Origin: Prochlorococcus sp. AG-449-J16
GTDB lineage: Bacteria; Cyanobacteriota; Cyanobacteriia; PCC-6307; Cyanobiaceae
DNA: 64,000 nucleotides
Assembly (NCBI GenBank): GCA_003209565.1
Contig: QCQK01000003.1
Coordinates: 8,656-72,655, forward strand
Direction of reading: 5' to 3'
The notes under the pieces were generated by a model. It searched no databases and was not told where the DNA came from. It saw only the letters and a program-made list of their open reading frames with translations. Made by a program: the position numbers and the translations under genes. Below are positions 47,261 through 57,829 of this stretch, one piece after another (the stretch's first letter is position 1; the number at the start of each line of letters is the position of its first letter).

Positions 47261-47680
47261 ATGGAAAATCAGGAAAAATACAATAATTTATCAAAATTAG
47301 TAGAAAAGTTGAAGAAATCAGAAGATCCAAAAAGAAAATATGAATACATTTTGTGGTTAGGCAAAAAATTGACAGAACCAGATAGTGAAATACTTGTTGA
47401 AGAAAATAAAGTTAAGGGATGCGTTTCAGAAGTTTTTGTTAAGGCGACTATTAAAGCCGGGAAATTATTTTGGGAAGGATATTCTGATGCTCTTATAACA
47501 AAGGGTTTGTTGGCCTTTCTAATAAGTGGATTAAATGAGTTAACACCAAATGAAGTTGTTGAAATAGATAAGAAATTTATAGATGATACTGGTTTGAAAG
47601 CAAGCTTAACCCCTTCACGATCAAATGGTTTTTTAAACATTTTGTTGAAAATGCAGTCTCAAGCAAATGAATTTTTGTAG
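47261..47680 (+). CDS. sufE: Fe-S cluster sulfur acceptor SufE
   Basis: NKVKGCVSEV, SDALITKGL, LTPSRSNGF. Confidence 0.93.
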   Translation: MENQEKYNNLSKLVEKLKKSEDPKRKYEYILWLGKKLTEPDSEILVEENKVKGCVSEVFVKATIKAGKLFWEGYSDALITKGLLAFLISGLNELTPNEVVEIDKKFIDDTGLKASLTPSRSNGFLNILLKMQSQANEFL

Positions 47681-47724
47681 ATCTAATAATATAAAATTAA
47701 ACTCAAAGTTAAAAGAAATAAAAA

Positions 47725-49026
47725 ATGAGAAAATGCAAAATTGGAATTGTAGGTTTTGGAACTGTAGGTTCAGGTATTTATAAAATTTTAAGTTCTGAGG
47801 TTGATTCACATCCAATTCTAAAAGAAATAGAAATTGTAAAAATTGCAGTTAGAGATATTAATAAAAAAAGGGATATTGACCTAGATAATAATTTATTAAC
47901 TGATGATCCATTTAAATTAATTAATGACCCCTCTATAGATGTAATTGTTGAAGTAATGGGTGGGGTTGATTTAGCGAAAGATATTATTCTGCAGTCATTA
48001 AAATTAGGTAAATCTGTTGTTACAGCAAATAAAGCAGTCATTGCAAGATATGGAGAAGAAATATATAAAACTGCATCTAAAGAAGGAGTTTATATATTGT
48101 CAGAGGCGGCAGTTTGCGGGGGTATTCCTATAATTGAACCCTTAAAAAGATCATTAAAAAGTAACAGCATAAAAAAAATGGTTGGGATAATAAATGGCAC
48201 AACAAATTTTATTCTTTCAAAGATGACAAATGAAAAAGCTGATTACAAGGAGACCTTAAAATTAGCCCAAACCCTTGGTTATGCAGAATTTGATCCAACT
48301 GCAGATGTTGAGGGTCATGACGCTGCTGATAAGATTTCAATCCTTAGTGAACTTGCATTTGGAGGGAAAATCAAAAGGGAGGAGATTAATTCTGAGGGCA
48401 TTAGTAAAATTAATTTAAAGGATATCGAATATGCCAATAAATTAGGATTTGAAATAAAACTTATAGCTCTCTCCGAAAGGGGACAAATTAATAATAATGA
48501 TTCACTAGCTTTGAATATTTGGGTAGGACCTTCTTTGATTCCAAAATCTCATCCATTAGCAACAGTTAAGGGAGTTAATAATGCCTTATTGATAGAGGCT
48601 GATCCTCTTGGAGAGATAATGTTATATGGTCCAGGTGCAGGGAGTGGTCCAACTGCTGCATCAGTAGTATCAGATATATTAAATCTGCATGCCGCCTCAG
48701 TAAAAAATAATAATTCAATCGATCCATTATTATCTTTTTATTTCTGGAGAAATTGTCATATCATTGAATCTTCGCAAATAAATAAAAAAAATTATCTTAG
48801 AATTATTTGTCTTGATAGTCCAGGTGTCATAGGAAAGATTGGAGATATTTTTGGAAAGAATAATGTATCAATCGAATCAATTGTTCAACTTGATGCTAGT
48901 GAGGATAAAGCTGAAATTGTCGTTATTACTCATGAGGTGAATAATGGAGATTTTGAGAGATCGAAAGATGAAATAAATTCGCTCCATGAAGTCAAAATTA
49001 TTGCAAGTCAATTAAGTTGTATTTAA
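47725..49026 (+). CDS. hom: Homoserine dehydrogenase with C-terminal ACT domain
   Basis: GFGTVG, VTANK, NGTTNFIL, GPGAG. Confidence 0.96.
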   Translation: MRKCKIGIVGFGTVGSGIYKILSSEVDSHPILKEIEIVKIAVRDINKKRDIDLDNNLLTDDPFKLINDPSIDVIVEVMGGVDLAKDIILQSLKLGKSVVTANKAVIARYGEEIYKTASKEGVYILSEAAVCGGIPIIEPLKRSLKSNSIKKMVGIINGTTNFILSKMTNEKADYKETLKLAQTLGYAEFDPTADVEGHDAADKISILSELAFGGKIKREEINSEGISKINLKDIEYANKLGFEIKLIALSERGQINNNDSLALNIWVGPSLIPKSHPLATVKGVNNALLIEADPLGEIMLYGPGAGSGPTAASVVSDILNLHAASVKNNNSIDPLLSFYFWRNCHIIESSQINKKNYLRIICLDSPGVIGKIGDIFGKNNVSIESIVQLDASEDKAEIVVITHEVNNGDFERSKDEINSLHEVKIIASQLSCI

Positions 49027-49075
49027 AAAAATAGTTTGCAAATTTCTTTATAGCTTGGTAAACCGAATAAAGTAA

Positions 49076-49369
49076 GTGTTTGGTTTTAGCACCTTAATGA
49101 TTCATTCAAAACTATTAGATAATCATAATGAAAATAATAATTTAATATTTTCTGAAAACCTCTATAAAGGTGCTTGTGTAAAAATTAAAAATAGCAATAA
49201 GACTTTTCAAGTAATTGGTCTAAATATAGGTAAAGAAATTTGTTGGGTGAGAGAGTGGCCTTTTGCCTCTAATTCTAAAAAAACATTTGCTTTAGAAATA
49301 AGTCAAATAACCTTACAAACTTTTTGCTCAAATAATTCTTCAGAAAAATTAAGTAATTATGAAATATGA
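49076..49369 (+). CDS. Conserved hypothetical protein
   Basis: FQVIGL and CWVREWP motif; start probably at internal Met (MIHSK, 49097). Confidence 0.65.
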   Translation: MFGFSTLMIHSKLLDNHNENNNLIFSENLYKGACVKIKNSNKTFQVIGLNIGKEICWVREWPFASNSKKTFALEISQITLQTFCSNNSSEKLSNYEI

Positions 49370-50937
49370 AAAAAACAATTGTTTTATCATTATTTATTGT
49401 TTTAATTTCTTTTTTACAGAATTCTTGCGGCTCAAAAAGAATATCTAAAAAAATCATAGTGGCAAGTTCTGGAAAAATTGAATCTTTAGATCCAGCTAGA
49501 GCAAATACTCTTAAAGCAATTCAATTAATCAGTTCTTTAGGAGACACATTATATGAATTAAATTCTGATGGAGAATTAATCCCTGAATTGGCCTCGGGGA
49601 TGCCAATTATTTCAAAGGATAGGCTTCAAATAACTATCAATTTGAGAAAGAATGTTTTTTTTCACGATGGAACTGTATTTAACTCAAATGCTATAAAGTT
49701 TACTTTTGATAGATTCAAAAGAATCGGAACGATGAATTACATTTTAGGAAATAAGATTAAATCAATAGAAACGCCGAGTGAATATTCAGTGATAATAAAT
49801 TTGAATAAACCATCAAGTTCTTTAAATGGTTTACTCACATCAGTAAATTTAACTCCAATATCTCCTACATTTTACAAAAAATATTCTGATAAGTTTCTAA
49901 ATGAAAAATTCGTTGGTACTGGCAAGTATGTGCTGACTAGTTTCTCTAATGAAGTTCAATCAATTGATCCATATTTGAATTATTGGGGTGAAAAGCCCTT
50001 AAATAAGGGTGTTAACTTTGTGGGGTATTCAAATTCATCTTCTCTTTTTGGGGCTTTAAAAAGTAAACAAATTGACGTGCTTTTATCAAATTCAATTGAT
50101 GATAGCCAGAGAAAAAGATTAAATTACTTAAGCAAAAATAAACAGTTTAATGAAGGTAATAGTCCTTTTACTGAATTAAGTTTTATAAGCCTTAAAACTA
50201 GTTCTTATCCCTTAAATAATCTTAATTTAAGACTGGCTTTGGCAAAAAGTATTAATAGAAAATTGATAAGTGAGAAAGTAAGTTATGGATTAAGGAAGCC
50301 ATCTAGATCAATTATTCCTCCGATATTAAAAAAAGATAATCAAGAACTTTGGCCTAAATATGATTATTTAGAAGCGAGAAGGTTATTGCAAAAAGAAAAT
50401 TATTGCAATGGAAATATTCTGAAAATACCTCTTACTTATAGATCGAATGTACCAGCTGACAAGCTTATTGCTCTGACATGGCAAGAAGAAATTAAAAGTT
50501 CTTTGAAAGATTGTCTTAATATTGAACTCAATGGGGTTGAATCAACAACAGTTTATAAGAATCTAAGTTTAGGGATTTATACGGCAGTTCTTCTAGATTG
50601 GACTGGAGCTTATTCTGATCCAGAGGCCTATCTCACCCCTCTTTTAAGTTGTAATGAAATAGTTGATGGAATATGTAAAAAAGGAGAATCAGTTTATAGC
50701 GGTAGTTTTTGGGGATCTAATAAAGTGGAAAGTTTATTTCTTGAGAGTGAAAAAATAAGTGGAATTAAAAGATTAGAAAAACTTCTTGAAATTGAAAAAA
50801 TAGCAGCAAGTTCAATACCTTATATTCCTATTTGGATTTCCTCTCAAAAAGCATGGTCTCAAAATAAAATATCAAAACCTATTTTTAATGGTGCAGGAAT
50901 CATCTCATTGAGTGATCTTGAGTTAATTAATGAGTAG
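49366..50937 (+). CDS. ABC transporter peptide/nickel substrate-binding lipoprotein (family 5)
   Basis: Lipoprotein-like Cys (NSC), SLDP, PELA, FHDG, VGTG.Y. Confidence 0.9.
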   Translation: MKKTIVLSLFIVLISFLQNSCGSKRISKKIIVASSGKIESLDPARANTLKAIQLISSLGDTLYELNSDGELIPELASGMPIISKDRLQITINLRKNVFFHDGTVFNSNAIKFTFDRFKRIGTMNYILGNKIKSIETPSEYSVIINLNKPSSSLNGLLTSVNLTPISPTFYKKYSDKFLNEKFVGTGKYVLTSFSNEVQSIDPYLNYWGEKPLNKGVNFVGYSNSSSLFGALKSKQIDVLLSNSIDDSQRKRLNYLSKNKQFNEGNSPFTELSFISLKTSSYPLNNLNLRLALAKSINRKLISEKVSYGLRKPSRSIIPPILKKDNQELWPKYDYLEARRLLQKENYCNGNILKIPLTYRSNVPADKLIALTWQEEIKSSLKDCLNIELNGVESTTVYKNLSLGIYTAVLLDWTGAYSDPEAYLTPLLSCNEIVDGICKKGESVYSGSFWGSNKVESLFLESEKISGIKRLEKLLEIEKIAASSIPYIPIWISSQKAWSQNKISKPIFNGAGIISLSDLELINE

Positions 50938-51952
50938 AAATTTAAATAAACTACTAAATTATTCCTTATTAAAGATTTCATTTATACCGATAATGTTATG
51001 GATAATTTCTTCATTAGTTTTTATTTTATTAAGAGTTGCTCCCGGCGACCCTGTTGATGCCATACTTGGATCTGGTGCAGATGAGGTTTCTAGGGAATTT
51101 CTAAGAAATAAATTGGGGCTAAATGAACCTTTAGTAAATCAATATTTTTCATATATTAAAGATATATTGCACTTGGATTTTGGCCAATCTCTTAGTACCC
51201 AAGAGCCAGTCCTAAATATTATTATTAAGTCATTTCCTGCAAGTCTTGAGCTTGGATTCTTTTCAATATTATGTGCCACACTAATAGGATTCCCATTGGG
51301 ATTAATTGGCTTAAGAAATAGAGGGACAAAGACTGATTATATTGCGAGAATATTAGGAATTGCTACATATGCGATCCCTCCTTTTTGGGGTGCAATGTTA
51401 GCGCAATTATTATTTTCTGTATTCTTTAATATTTCCCCAATTGGAGGTAGGTTTCCAATATTTCAGCAACAACCTCAAATTACAGGTTTTCTAGTTTTAG
51501 ATAGTATTCTTTCAAATAATATTATTGCTTTGAAAGATAGTCTTTATCATCTCGCACTTCCTTCGATTACCCTTGGTTTTTTATTAAGTGGTATATTCAG
51601 CCGCTCATTAAGAGTAAATTTGGATAAGACATTAAAAAGTGATTATGTAAATGCTGCTAAATGTAGAGGAATATCTAGGAAAAAAATATTTTTAAACCAT
51701 GCATTGCCTAACGCTCTATTGCCAATTGTCACTATTTCTGGTTTGACTATGGCCTCATTAGCAGGAGGAGCTCTATTGTTCGAGGTAACTTTTTCATGGC
51801 CAGGTATAGCTTTAAGATTACATGAAGCTATTTCTCAAAGAGACTATACCTTGGTTCAAGGAATTGTAATTTTTACCTCTATGCTTATAGTCTCTTTAAA
51901 TCTCTTCGTTGATATCTTAATCGCATATTTAGATCCAAGGATAGAGTATTAA
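50930..51952 (+). CDS. ABC peptide transporter permease (DppB/OppB-like)
   Basis: APGDP, GLNEPL..QY, EAA-like DYVNAAKCRG, E.TFSWPGI, LDPRI. Confidence 0.92.
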   Translation: MSRNLNKLLNYSLLKISFIPIMLWIISSLVFILLRVAPGDPVDAILGSGADEVSREFLRNKLGLNEPLVNQYFSYIKDILHLDFGQSLSTQEPVLNIIIKSFPASLELGFFSILCATLIGFPLGLIGLRNRGTKTDYIARILGIATYAIPPFWGAMLAQLLFSVFFNISPIGGRFPIFQQQPQITGFLVLDSILSNNIIALKDSLYHLALPSITLGFLLSGIFSRSLRVNLDKTLKSDYVNAAKCRGISRKKIFLNHALPNALLPIVTISGLTMASLAGGALLFEVTFSWPGIALRLHEAISQRDYTLVQGIVIFTSMLIVSLNLFVDILIAYLDPRIEY

Positions 51953-53499
51953 TTTTCGGAGATTTTTTTTATTGTCTCAAGATCTAAAATATGGAAATCA
52001 AGTCCTAAATCTCTTTGGTTTTTAACTACTGTAGGGATTTTTTGCTCTTTAATATTTTTTAAAAATTCAACTATAAATTTCGAAGATAAATCTTGCACTA
52101 ATATTGGCTCTGAACCAATAAAAGATTCACTTATTTTAAATACGTCATTATTTTCTTTATAGCTTTTATTAATTCTTATTGGAGAGAAATGACTTGCCCC
52201 TTCAATAATTAGAAATCTATTTGATGGATTATTTAAAGCAGAAAAAACTCTAAATTGTTCATTCATTAATGGTGTAATAAGGTCATACGTGCCTCCTATT
52301 AGAAGAGTTGGTATTTTAATGCCTGTACTATTTTCTTTTGGCCATACTAAACTGCCAAATGAATTGAAACCTATAATCGCACTGGCCTTATTAGCATTAT
52401 TTTTCTTAGGGAATGGTATTTCGCTCAACTGACATTGAAGTAATTTAGATAAATTTGTTACCGCAAAGTCTTTTAATGCTGAATTACATTTGTCCTCTAG
52501 TTGATCAGTAGGTTTATTTCCTTCATATAAAAGTGCTATTAAAGCACCAAGTGAATGCCCCATTAAAATATATGAATCATTAGGTAAACCAAATTCTCCA
52601 TTTTCATGAGCTTTTAATACACCATCTAAATCTTTAATTCTATTTAAGAAAAAGTCTGCACTCCCAGGAATTGTTTCCTTACCTTCGAGTACTTTCATGA
52701 ATGATTCTAAATTACTCCCTCTATGATCTATGAATAATATTGGCCAACCTCTTTTAGCCAATTCGTTTCCTATCCATTTGAAATTATTAATTTCGCCTCC
52801 AAGACCTGGCATAAAAATTATCAGTTCTTTATCATTATTTGTTTTATTGCTTTTCCATATTTCAATTTCAAAAGGTTTCACTCGGTGAGGAGCATAAATT
52901 TTTTTATCAATTTTTATTAGATCTTGAGTTGATTTTTTTTCAGTATTTTTGAAGGGATTTTGGTTTGTTCTTTCAAGTTTATTTAATTTAGATAAAAGTT
53001 CTTGCTGCGTTGATAATTCATTTTTCCAAGATGAAATTATTAAAATTAAATTATCAATATCTAGTGAAATTTCTTCTGATGGTAAAGCTTTTATAATTTC
53101 TAAAATTGAAACTTCTTTTTTTTCATCTAATAAATTTTCTATAGTGTTATAAATTTCTGTTCCATTATCGTCATTTGGAACTTTAATGCTTTTGCTTAAT
53201 TCTGTAAGAATTTTGCGCCCTATCCAACTTCTTAATATTTCTCTATTTAATCCCTCTTCCTTGAAAACTGGAAATTCTAAAAATTTTGATAATTCAAAAA
53301 CTCTTAATAATCCATTTTTTTTTAACCAATCTATTAATTCTGTTGAATCATCTTTATATTTTTCTAATTTTGATAATTGTTCTATAGTAAGAGGGATTTC
53401 CATCTCTTCAAATTTAATATTTATCTTTTCAGCAGCCTTTAAACCATTATTAAAAAATAAACCACAAAAACTAAAAAAAATTATAAAAATGTATTTCAC
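51949..53499 (-). CDS. Exported alpha/beta hydrolase with AAEKI-type N-terminal domain
   Basis: Signal peptide then AAEKI, GHSLG nucleophile, YD, HFS. Confidence 0.82.
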   Translation of the reverse strand: MKYIFIIFFSFCGLFFNNGLKAAEKINIKFEEMEIPLTIEQLSKLEKYKDDSTELIDWLKKNGLLRVFELSKFLEFPVFKEEGLNREILRSWIGRKILTELSKSIKVPNDDNGTEIYNTIENLLDEKKEVSILEIIKALPSEEISLDIDNLILIISSWKNELSTQQELLSKLNKLERTNQNPFKNTEKKSTQDLIKIDKKIYAPHRVKPFEIEIWKSNKTNNDKELIIFMPGLGGEINNFKWIGNELAKRGWPILFIDHRGSNLESFMKVLEGKETIPGSADFFLNRIKDLDGVLKAHENGEFGLPNDSYILMGHSLGALIALLYEGNKPTDQLEDKCNSALKDFAVTNLSKLLQCQLSEIPFPKKNNANKASAIIGFNSFGSLVWPKENSTGIKIPTLLIGGTYDLITPLMNEQFRVFSALNNPSNRFLIIEGASHFSPIRINKSYKENNDVFKISESFIGSEPILVQDLSSKFIVEFLKNIKEQKIPTVVKNQRDLGLDFHILDLETIKKISEN

Positions 53500-53501
53500 T
53501 T

Positions 53502-54731
53502 GTGATTAGTCCAAATAGTTTAAAAATTAGCAAAAATTGGTGGATTCAATTTCCATATCATTTGAGGTTAATAACCAAGATAAGATTTTATGCTGCATTT
53601 GGAGCAGGAGGTGTTATTTATTTAACATCACTTATTTTTAATAACATAGGGTTATCGGCAACAGATATTGGTTTGGGGTTTACTATTTCAGCAATAATTG
53701 GAACTGTGACAAGACTTTTAACAGGTAATTATCTTAATAAAACAGGGAAAATACAATTTCCAATAGTTACTTCTTCAATACTAAGTATTGCAGCTAGTTT
53801 ATGCCTGATTTTTTCAAGAGATACCTTTTTGTACATAATTGGACAATCATTTGTTGGGGCTGCTGCAGGAATATATTGGCCTGCAGCCGAGTTTGGGGTG
53901 CCCTATTTTTGCCATCCTATCGAAACACGCAAAGCTTATGCCCTTGTTAGAAGTTCGGAGGCTTTAGGAATATTTCTAGGGGTATTCTTAGGGGGTTATA
54001 TGACTAATTTTTTGTATTCTAAATCAATTTTTATTAATGATATATTTTGCATGTTCGTTATAACATATTTAATATCTAGAAATAGTTCTTCTATTAAAAA
54101 AAACTTAGAAAATTTTCAAAAAAAATTAGTAGATCCAATTAATCATGGACAATTGAAATGGAATAAAAATTCAACAATAATAATTTTATCTATTTTATTG
54201 ATCACTACCTCTTTAGCTTTGATTCAAGTAACTTTGCCTCTGGATCTTGTTAAAGGTGGTGTTTATCGCAATGCATTAAGCAAAGAAATTATTAGTGTTC
54301 TAATTTCTATTCAGTTAATTTTATTATTGTTTTTACAATGGCCTGTCGGTTCTTGGATATCTAAGAAAGAAAGATTATTTGGCTTAAAATTTAGTTTAAT
54401 AAATTTCTCTTTCGCTTCATTTTTATTATTTATTTCTAGTTATTTAAATATCCCAGCTTTTTATTTAATTTCTTTTTCATTGATTTTAGTAAGTTTAGGG
54501 ACTGCTTCATTTCTTCCAACATCAACAGATGTCGTTTTCAGAATAGCTCCTTCAAATAAAAAAGGTTTTGCACTTGCTCTATTATCACAATGTTTCGCTA
54601 TGGGTTATTTCTTTGGACCATTTGTTTCAGGACGCATATTAGATCTATTTGGTTATGCTTCAATAATCTGGCTTTCAATTTCATGTTGTTGCTTTTTTGT
54701 ATTTGCAATTCTATTTAAGAGATTATTTTAA
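53502..54731 (+). CDS. Major facilitator superfamily transporter
   Basis: About 12 TM helices in a 6+6 pattern; GP.VSG.ILD.FGY near the C-terminus. Confidence 0.85.
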   Translation: MISPNSLKISKNWWIQFPYHLRLITKIRFYAAFGAGGVIYLTSLIFNNIGLSATDIGLGFTISAIIGTVTRLLTGNYLNKTGKIQFPIVTSSILSIAASLCLIFSRDTFLYIIGQSFVGAAAGIYWPAAEFGVPYFCHPIETRKAYALVRSSEALGIFLGVFLGGYMTNFLYSKSIFINDIFCMFVITYLISRNSSSIKKNLENFQKKLVDPINHGQLKWNKNSTIIILSILLITTSLALIQVTLPLDLVKGGVYRNALSKEIISVLISIQLILLLFLQWPVGSWISKKERLFGLKFSLINFSFASFLLFISSYLNIPAFYLISFSLILVSLGTASFLPTSTDVVFRIAPSNKKGFALALLSQCFAMGYFFGPFVSGRILDLFGYASIIWLSISCCCFFVFAILFKRLF

Positions 54732-55099
54732 TTAATCTTTTCTAATTCAATAATTCTTCTCTCTCTAAGAAATAAGAAAAAAGGTGCAGAGAATGCGAAG
54801 GCTATAAGAAAAGTTCCAATATATACAACCCACATATTCTTCATGTTTAGTTTTTTTGATTCATTTACTATCCATATAAAAATAGCGCTTGCTCCTACTA
54901 ATAAGTCTCTAGAAATTGACTGAGCTGCAGGGTTTGCATTGGCTAAAGAAATGAAGTTATTTATATCAAAGCTATTTCCATATTCCCTAGCAAATTCGAA
55001 ATTTGCCATCATTGGCAGGACAGCACCTAAAAATGATAGAAAAAGGTAAAGATAAGATAGTATCTGTTTATTATCTTTTAAAATGTTGAATGAATTCAC
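54728..55099 (-). CDS. DUF2834-like membrane protein
   Basis: FI..ANANPA....RDL, IAFAFSAPFFLFLRER. Confidence 0.75.
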   Translation of the reverse strand: MNSFNILKDNKQILSYLYLFLSFLGAVLPMMANFEFAREYGNSFDINNFISLANANPAAQSISRDLLVGASAIFIWIVNESKKLNMKNMWVVYIGTFLIAFAFSAPFFLFLRERRIIELEKIN

Positions 55100-55140
55100 T
55101 TTTCAAAAATATTTCCCTTAATAATAGTATTTAAAAGCTT

Positions 55141-56010
55141 ATGGTTGTTGAAAAGAATAATAAAGTTGAAGACTATAAATTTAAAAAAGGAAATTTAAAT
55201 TTTGCTGTTGTTGGTCATGTTGAGTGGATAAATTTCTTAAAGGTCGATCAATTACCCAAACCTGGAGTTATTTCTCATTCTGAAAAGTCCCAAGAGTATC
55301 CAGCTGGTGGAGGCCCTATTATTGCGAAAATACTTTCTGATTTAACTTTAAATAAAGTTCATTTTTTTACGTCATTAGGTAATGATGATTATGGAGATAA
55401 GTGTTTCAAGATTCTCTCAAATATGGGAATTAAATTGCATGTAGCTTGGCGTGATAAACCAACTAGAAGAGGATTTAGTTTAATTGATTCTCAAGGTGAA
55501 AGAGCAATAACAGTTATTGGAGAAAGGTTAGCTCCAACTCATAAAGACAAGTTAGAATGGAAGATTTTTGAAAAAATGGACGGAATTTTTATTACTGCAT
55601 CTGATTCAGAGATTTTTAAAATGGCTAGATCAGCTTCAATACTGTGTACAACACCAAGGGTAGGATTAAATACAATTAATAAATCAAATGTTCTTTTAGA
55701 TGGATTAATAGGCAGTAATCTTGATCCCGGGGAAGTTTTTTCTTTTTCTGAATTATCGTTAAAACCAAAATATACTTTTAAAACCGAGGGAGAGAATGGT
55801 GGCATACTATTCCCAGGAGGAAGATATAAGGCTCTTAAAAACAAAAAATTAAAGGTTGATTCTTATGGCTGTGGCGATTCTTTTGCTGCTGGGATTCTTT
55901 ATGGAATGGCATCTAAGTGGAATATAGATAAAAGTTTAAATCTTGCTAGAGTAATGGGAAGAGACGCTAGTGAATTTTTCGGACCATATGCAATTAGTGA
56001 TGAAAAATAA
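55141..56010 (+). CDS. PfkB/ribokinase family carbohydrate kinase
   Basis: AGGG, LGNDDYG, GERAITV, VDSYGCGDSF anion-hole motif. Confidence 0.9.
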   Translation: MVVEKNNKVEDYKFKKGNLNFAVVGHVEWINFLKVDQLPKPGVISHSEKSQEYPAGGGPIIAKILSDLTLNKVHFFTSLGNDDYGDKCFKILSNMGIKLHVAWRDKPTRRGFSLIDSQGERAITVIGERLAPTHKDKLEWKIFEKMDGIFITASDSEIFKMARSASILCTTPRVGLNTINKSNVLLDGLIGSNLDPGEVFSFSELSLKPKYTFKTEGENGGILFPGGRYKALKNKKLKVDSYGCGDSFAAGILYGMASKWNIDKSLNLARVMGRDASEFFGPYAISDEK

Positions 56011-56217
56011 TTGATTAAAAATTATATGACTAATTCAGATAATAAAAATAAAAATCAACTTGTAGAAAACATTATTGTTTTGTTTTTATTTACTGTTTTT
56101 TTAGTTTTTAAATCTTTAAAAACTTTATCTAAAATTTTTACTTATGGAATCATAAAGAAGGAAATTTTAACTACTAAAAGTAACTTAGGCGTAGATATAA
56201 AAATAAAAATTAAGTAA
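56011..56217 (+). CDS. Small hypothetical membrane protein
   Basis: Single hydrophobic helix; start probably ATG at 56026; abuts both neighbours. Confidence 0.5.
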   Translation: MIKNYMTNSDNKNKNQLVENIIVLFLFTVFLVFKSLKTLSKIFTYGIIKKEILTTKSNLGVDIKIKIK

Positions 56218-56570
56218 TGAATATATTTTTAGTTTTTCTAATTTTAGGAGTTATTTTTTTGGGTTACAAAAAAATTAACTCAAAAAAAACAAAGAACTTA
56301 AAATTAGATAAATTTAAAAATAAACTGCAGAGCACGCAAACAAATATTGAAAGAATTTTTTTAAGGGAGGAAGAAAAAACCTTCTCAAATCCTAATATAA
56401 ATATTTATATTGGAGTTTACGATAATGAAGAAAGTATTAATAGAAAATCAAATATACACAGAGCAAGACTTTCAAAATTTAAGAAATCCAAATTAAATGG
56501 TTCAATGATATTTCAAGACGATGAGCAAAGAATTTATAAATTTAATAATGGAAAAAAGGTTTACTTATAA
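56217..56570 (+). CDS. Hypothetical protein with N-terminal membrane anchor
   Basis: N-terminal TM, basic C-terminal domain (NIHRARLSK); TAATG overlap with upstream ORF. Confidence 0.65.
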   Translation: MNIFLVFLILGVIFLGYKKINSKKTKNLKLDKFKNKLQSTQTNIERIFLREEEKTFSNPNINIYIGVYDNEESINRKSNIHRARLSKFKKSKLNGSMIFQDDEQRIYKFNNGKKVYL

Positions 56571-56579
56571 TTTTAATTT

Positions 56580-57098
56580 CTAACTACACTCAAGACTCTC
56601 TCTTGTTGAAACGCCTGTTGTTGGATTGATCCCATCAGCAATTTCACAAAGATTTCTTTGATCTTCGCTGTCAAGAATAGCGTAAGAAAAATCTGCTCCT
56701 TCTATTTGAGCTCCTGCAAAACTGCTTCCTGATGCGATCATATTTATTAAAACAGCATTTCTAAGATCTGTTTTTTGGAAATTAACTCGATCAGAAAGAG
56801 TATCGGTCAAGTCTATGCCATTTAAGTTAGAACCTTTTAAATCAGATAGGGTTAAGGTTGTCCCATGTAAATCAACGTCACTAAAATCAGCGTCTCTCGC
56901 AACTGCTCCAGCTATAGAAGACAAATGAAGATCCTCTCCATGGAAATCAAATCCTGTAATATTGGATCTTACATAACTTGGAACTTCGTCTCCCTCGCCC
57001 TTGACAGCTACATTTGCCCCAGCAAAAACTGGAGAGGATATAACTAAGAAAGAAAAAGTTAAGCATAAAAAATATTTTAAAAACCTAAAAAATTTCAT
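56580..57098 (-). CDS. Exported pentapeptide-repeat protein
   Basis: Signal peptide (PVFA), A(D/N)LXX repeats, LC..A.G.NP.TG..TRESL.C C-terminal disulfide cap. Confidence 0.92.
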   Translation of the reverse strand: MKFFRFLKYFLCLTFSFLVISSPVFAGANVAVKGEGDEVPSYVRSNITGFDFHGEDLHLSSIAGAVARDADFSDVDLHGTTLTLSDLKGSNLNGIDLTDTLSDRVNFQKTDLRNAVLINMIASGSSFAGAQIEGADFSYAILDSEDQRNLCEIADGINPTTGVSTRESLECS

Positions 57099-57181
57099 AC
57101 TAAAGAATTTGAATAATATTATTTTATAACAATTAGATAATTTTTAAAATTGATATTTAAATTTAGAACACCTTTTTAAGA

Positions 57182-57655
57182 TTATTTAACACTATAAATT
57201 TTAAATCTAGGTTCTAAATTTGTTATACAATCTAGGAGTTTTTTATTATCTTTGCTATTAGTAACCTTGAATTCAGATTCAACTGAGCCGCCTTCATCTC
57301 TAATGGCTTGATTTAAAACTATGGAACCGTTTTCGTCAGATACTGATCGATGAAAAGTTCCTCTTGGTATCCTTAAAATATATCCGCAAGATTCTAATCT
57401 AACTTTGTAAAAAGGATAATCCCATCCAAAATTAACAAGGAAGAATGTTCTTCCCCCAGAAATAGCCAATAGATTATCTTCTTGATTGTGATGTATGTAA
57501 AATTGCCAGTTATTTAATTCTTCATCATTTGGCGGACTAATTGCAGGACCGCTGTGAATCACTAAATCCCTAAAATTTGAATTGTTAATACTAATATCAA
57601 AAAATCTGACATCTTTTGTATCTCGAAATTTTTCATAGCTTATCAATTCAAACAT
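57182..57655 (-). CDS. Cupin-fold (RmlC-like) protein, function unknown
   Basis: Likely start MFELISY at 57655; cupin motif 1 YIHHNQEDNL and motif 2 IPRGTFHRS. Confidence 0.72.
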   Translation of the reverse strand: MFELISYEKFRDTKDVRFFDISINNSNFRDLVIHSGPAISPPNDEELNNWQFYIHHNQEDNLLAISGGRTFFLVNFGWDYPFYKVRLESCGYILRIPRGTFHRSVSDENGSIVLNQAIRDEGGSVESEFKVTNSKDNKKLLDCITNLEPRFKIYSVK

Positions 57656-57829
57656 TTTTGATTTGTTTGATTTGATAATTGGAATTTCTAAACTTGAGTT
57701 CAATTTTCTCCGAAGATTAAACAAATGAAAACAGATAAATTCCTTTAAGAACGTATCAATTAACACTAAAAAAGAAACATATTTTTTTTATTTTTTTTTT
57801 CTTAATTTAAGAGATTATAAATTTAGAGT

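Noticed and set aside
52885-52892. GTGAGGAG complementary to the Yfr1 seed
   Set aside because: It lies on the non-coding strand, inside a minus-strand gene, so it is not present in that mRNA
57781-57800. Long T homopolymers as a phase-variation site
   Set aside because: Intergenic in a very AT-rich genome and not within a credible coding frame
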